Position numbers and translations under genes: made by a program. This document shows, piece after piece, positions 62,113 to 62,706 of a stretch of 62,706 nucleotides of DNA; position 1 is the stretch's first letter, and every line of letters starts with the position of its first letter. This DNA comes from Rhizaria sp. SCN 62-66 (lineage: Eukaryota): contig MEDY01000067.1 of assembly GCA_001724265.1 (NCBI GenBank), forward strand, positions 62,001-124,706, read 5' to 3'. The notes beneath the pieces were generated by a model. The model saw nothing but the letters and a program-made list of their open reading frames with translations, did no database searches and was not told the DNA's origin.

Positions 62113-62706
62113 TGCAAGCCGTGAAACGAATTGCTGTGGGGTAGAGGACACAAGACAGAATCCAAAAGGAGACGCAGGTCTGCGCGCGCGAGGGGCGGAA
62201 AGTGATCTGTTAGAGCACCTATCGACGGTAACCCGGTGGAAATGAGGACAAAAAGAATTAGAATTGTGTAAAAAATGCATATGAAAAACTGTTTGAAATC
62301 TGAACCATTAAATCCTCATATTATCGCATGAAATATGGCTTAACATCTCGAGCTCGGGTCCTCCTTTATCCGTCCATGAAGGAAGATAAAAGCTTGACTT
62401 TTATACGATAGATTGAGTTTTTAAGAGCTGAAAGACGTATACGCGAATGGATAAGGAAGGGGTTTCAATAATAACATAAGGGAGTTAACGGTGCACGAAG
62501 AATTAGCTCAAGAAGAGGTGTTTCATACTCGTCATCGTCGGAGGGGGCTGAGGCAACGCCTAGCTCGCAGTGATATTTTGAGAACCCCAACGGAAGGGAC
62601 GGGGCATGTGGTGTCGAAGAGTGCGCAACTACAATGTGAGATTGCTAACCATTTGCGCACAAACACGACGGCGATATTGTGTGATAATAGTGTTTATGAA
62701 TGAAGT

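Noticed and set aside
51991-62280. Six or seven separate co-directional genes, or a pseudogenised 5' region
   Set aside because: All pieces share one frame with only sense codons in the gaps, and every interruption is TAG. Decay should also give TAA, TGA and frameshifts, and separate genes would need UTR and promoter space.
62113-62280. Upstream in-frame extension of the giant ORF to ATG 62280
   Set aside because: The extension is not signal-like. ATG 62112 (or the nearby MSLWAVV Met) directly precedes a good signal peptide.
62491-62703. 70-aa plus-strand ORF at the window end
   Set aside because: GTG start, no motif, intergenic-like composition.
1-62706. tRNA (including a CUA-anticodon tRNA), rRNA, CRISPR array or transposon
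   Set aside because: None recognised by eye; the repeats seen are coding microsatellites or protein-domain repeats. A covariance-model scan is needed to be sure.

Overview
Gene-dense eukaryotic (protist-like) nuclear DNA. It has short AT-rich GT-AG introns (119-223 nt, donor mostly GTACGT) and GC-rich coding regions swollen with low-complexity sequence. About 11 protein genes: a partial, possibly aerolysin/natterin-like protein; a C4 zinc-ribbon protein; a SHIPPO/PG-repeat flagellar protein; NDUFB7; an NSF-D1-like degenerate AAA+ protein; a C12orf56/DUF4551-like protein; a PHD/PZP chromatin reader; SmD2; DMC1; a greatly expanded pepsin-family membrane aspartic protease; and a giant surface protein. 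Main result: TAG does not behave as a stop codon here. Eleven in-frame TAGs sit inside four otherwise continuous reading frames, and all 11 gene ends are TAA or TGA. Reading TAG as sense (probably Gln; Leu not excluded) fuses the minus-strand ORF fragments from 62112 to 35623 into one intronless 8829-aa protein (signal peptide, long beta-rich ectodomain, 8 sushi, EGF, IPT/TIG, Cys-rich repeats, about 9 TM). The internal TAGs are rare, skewed to the 5' end of the giant gene and never followed by G, which hints at a recent or incomplete UAG-only reassignment. Family assignments come from recalled motifs; no searches were run.
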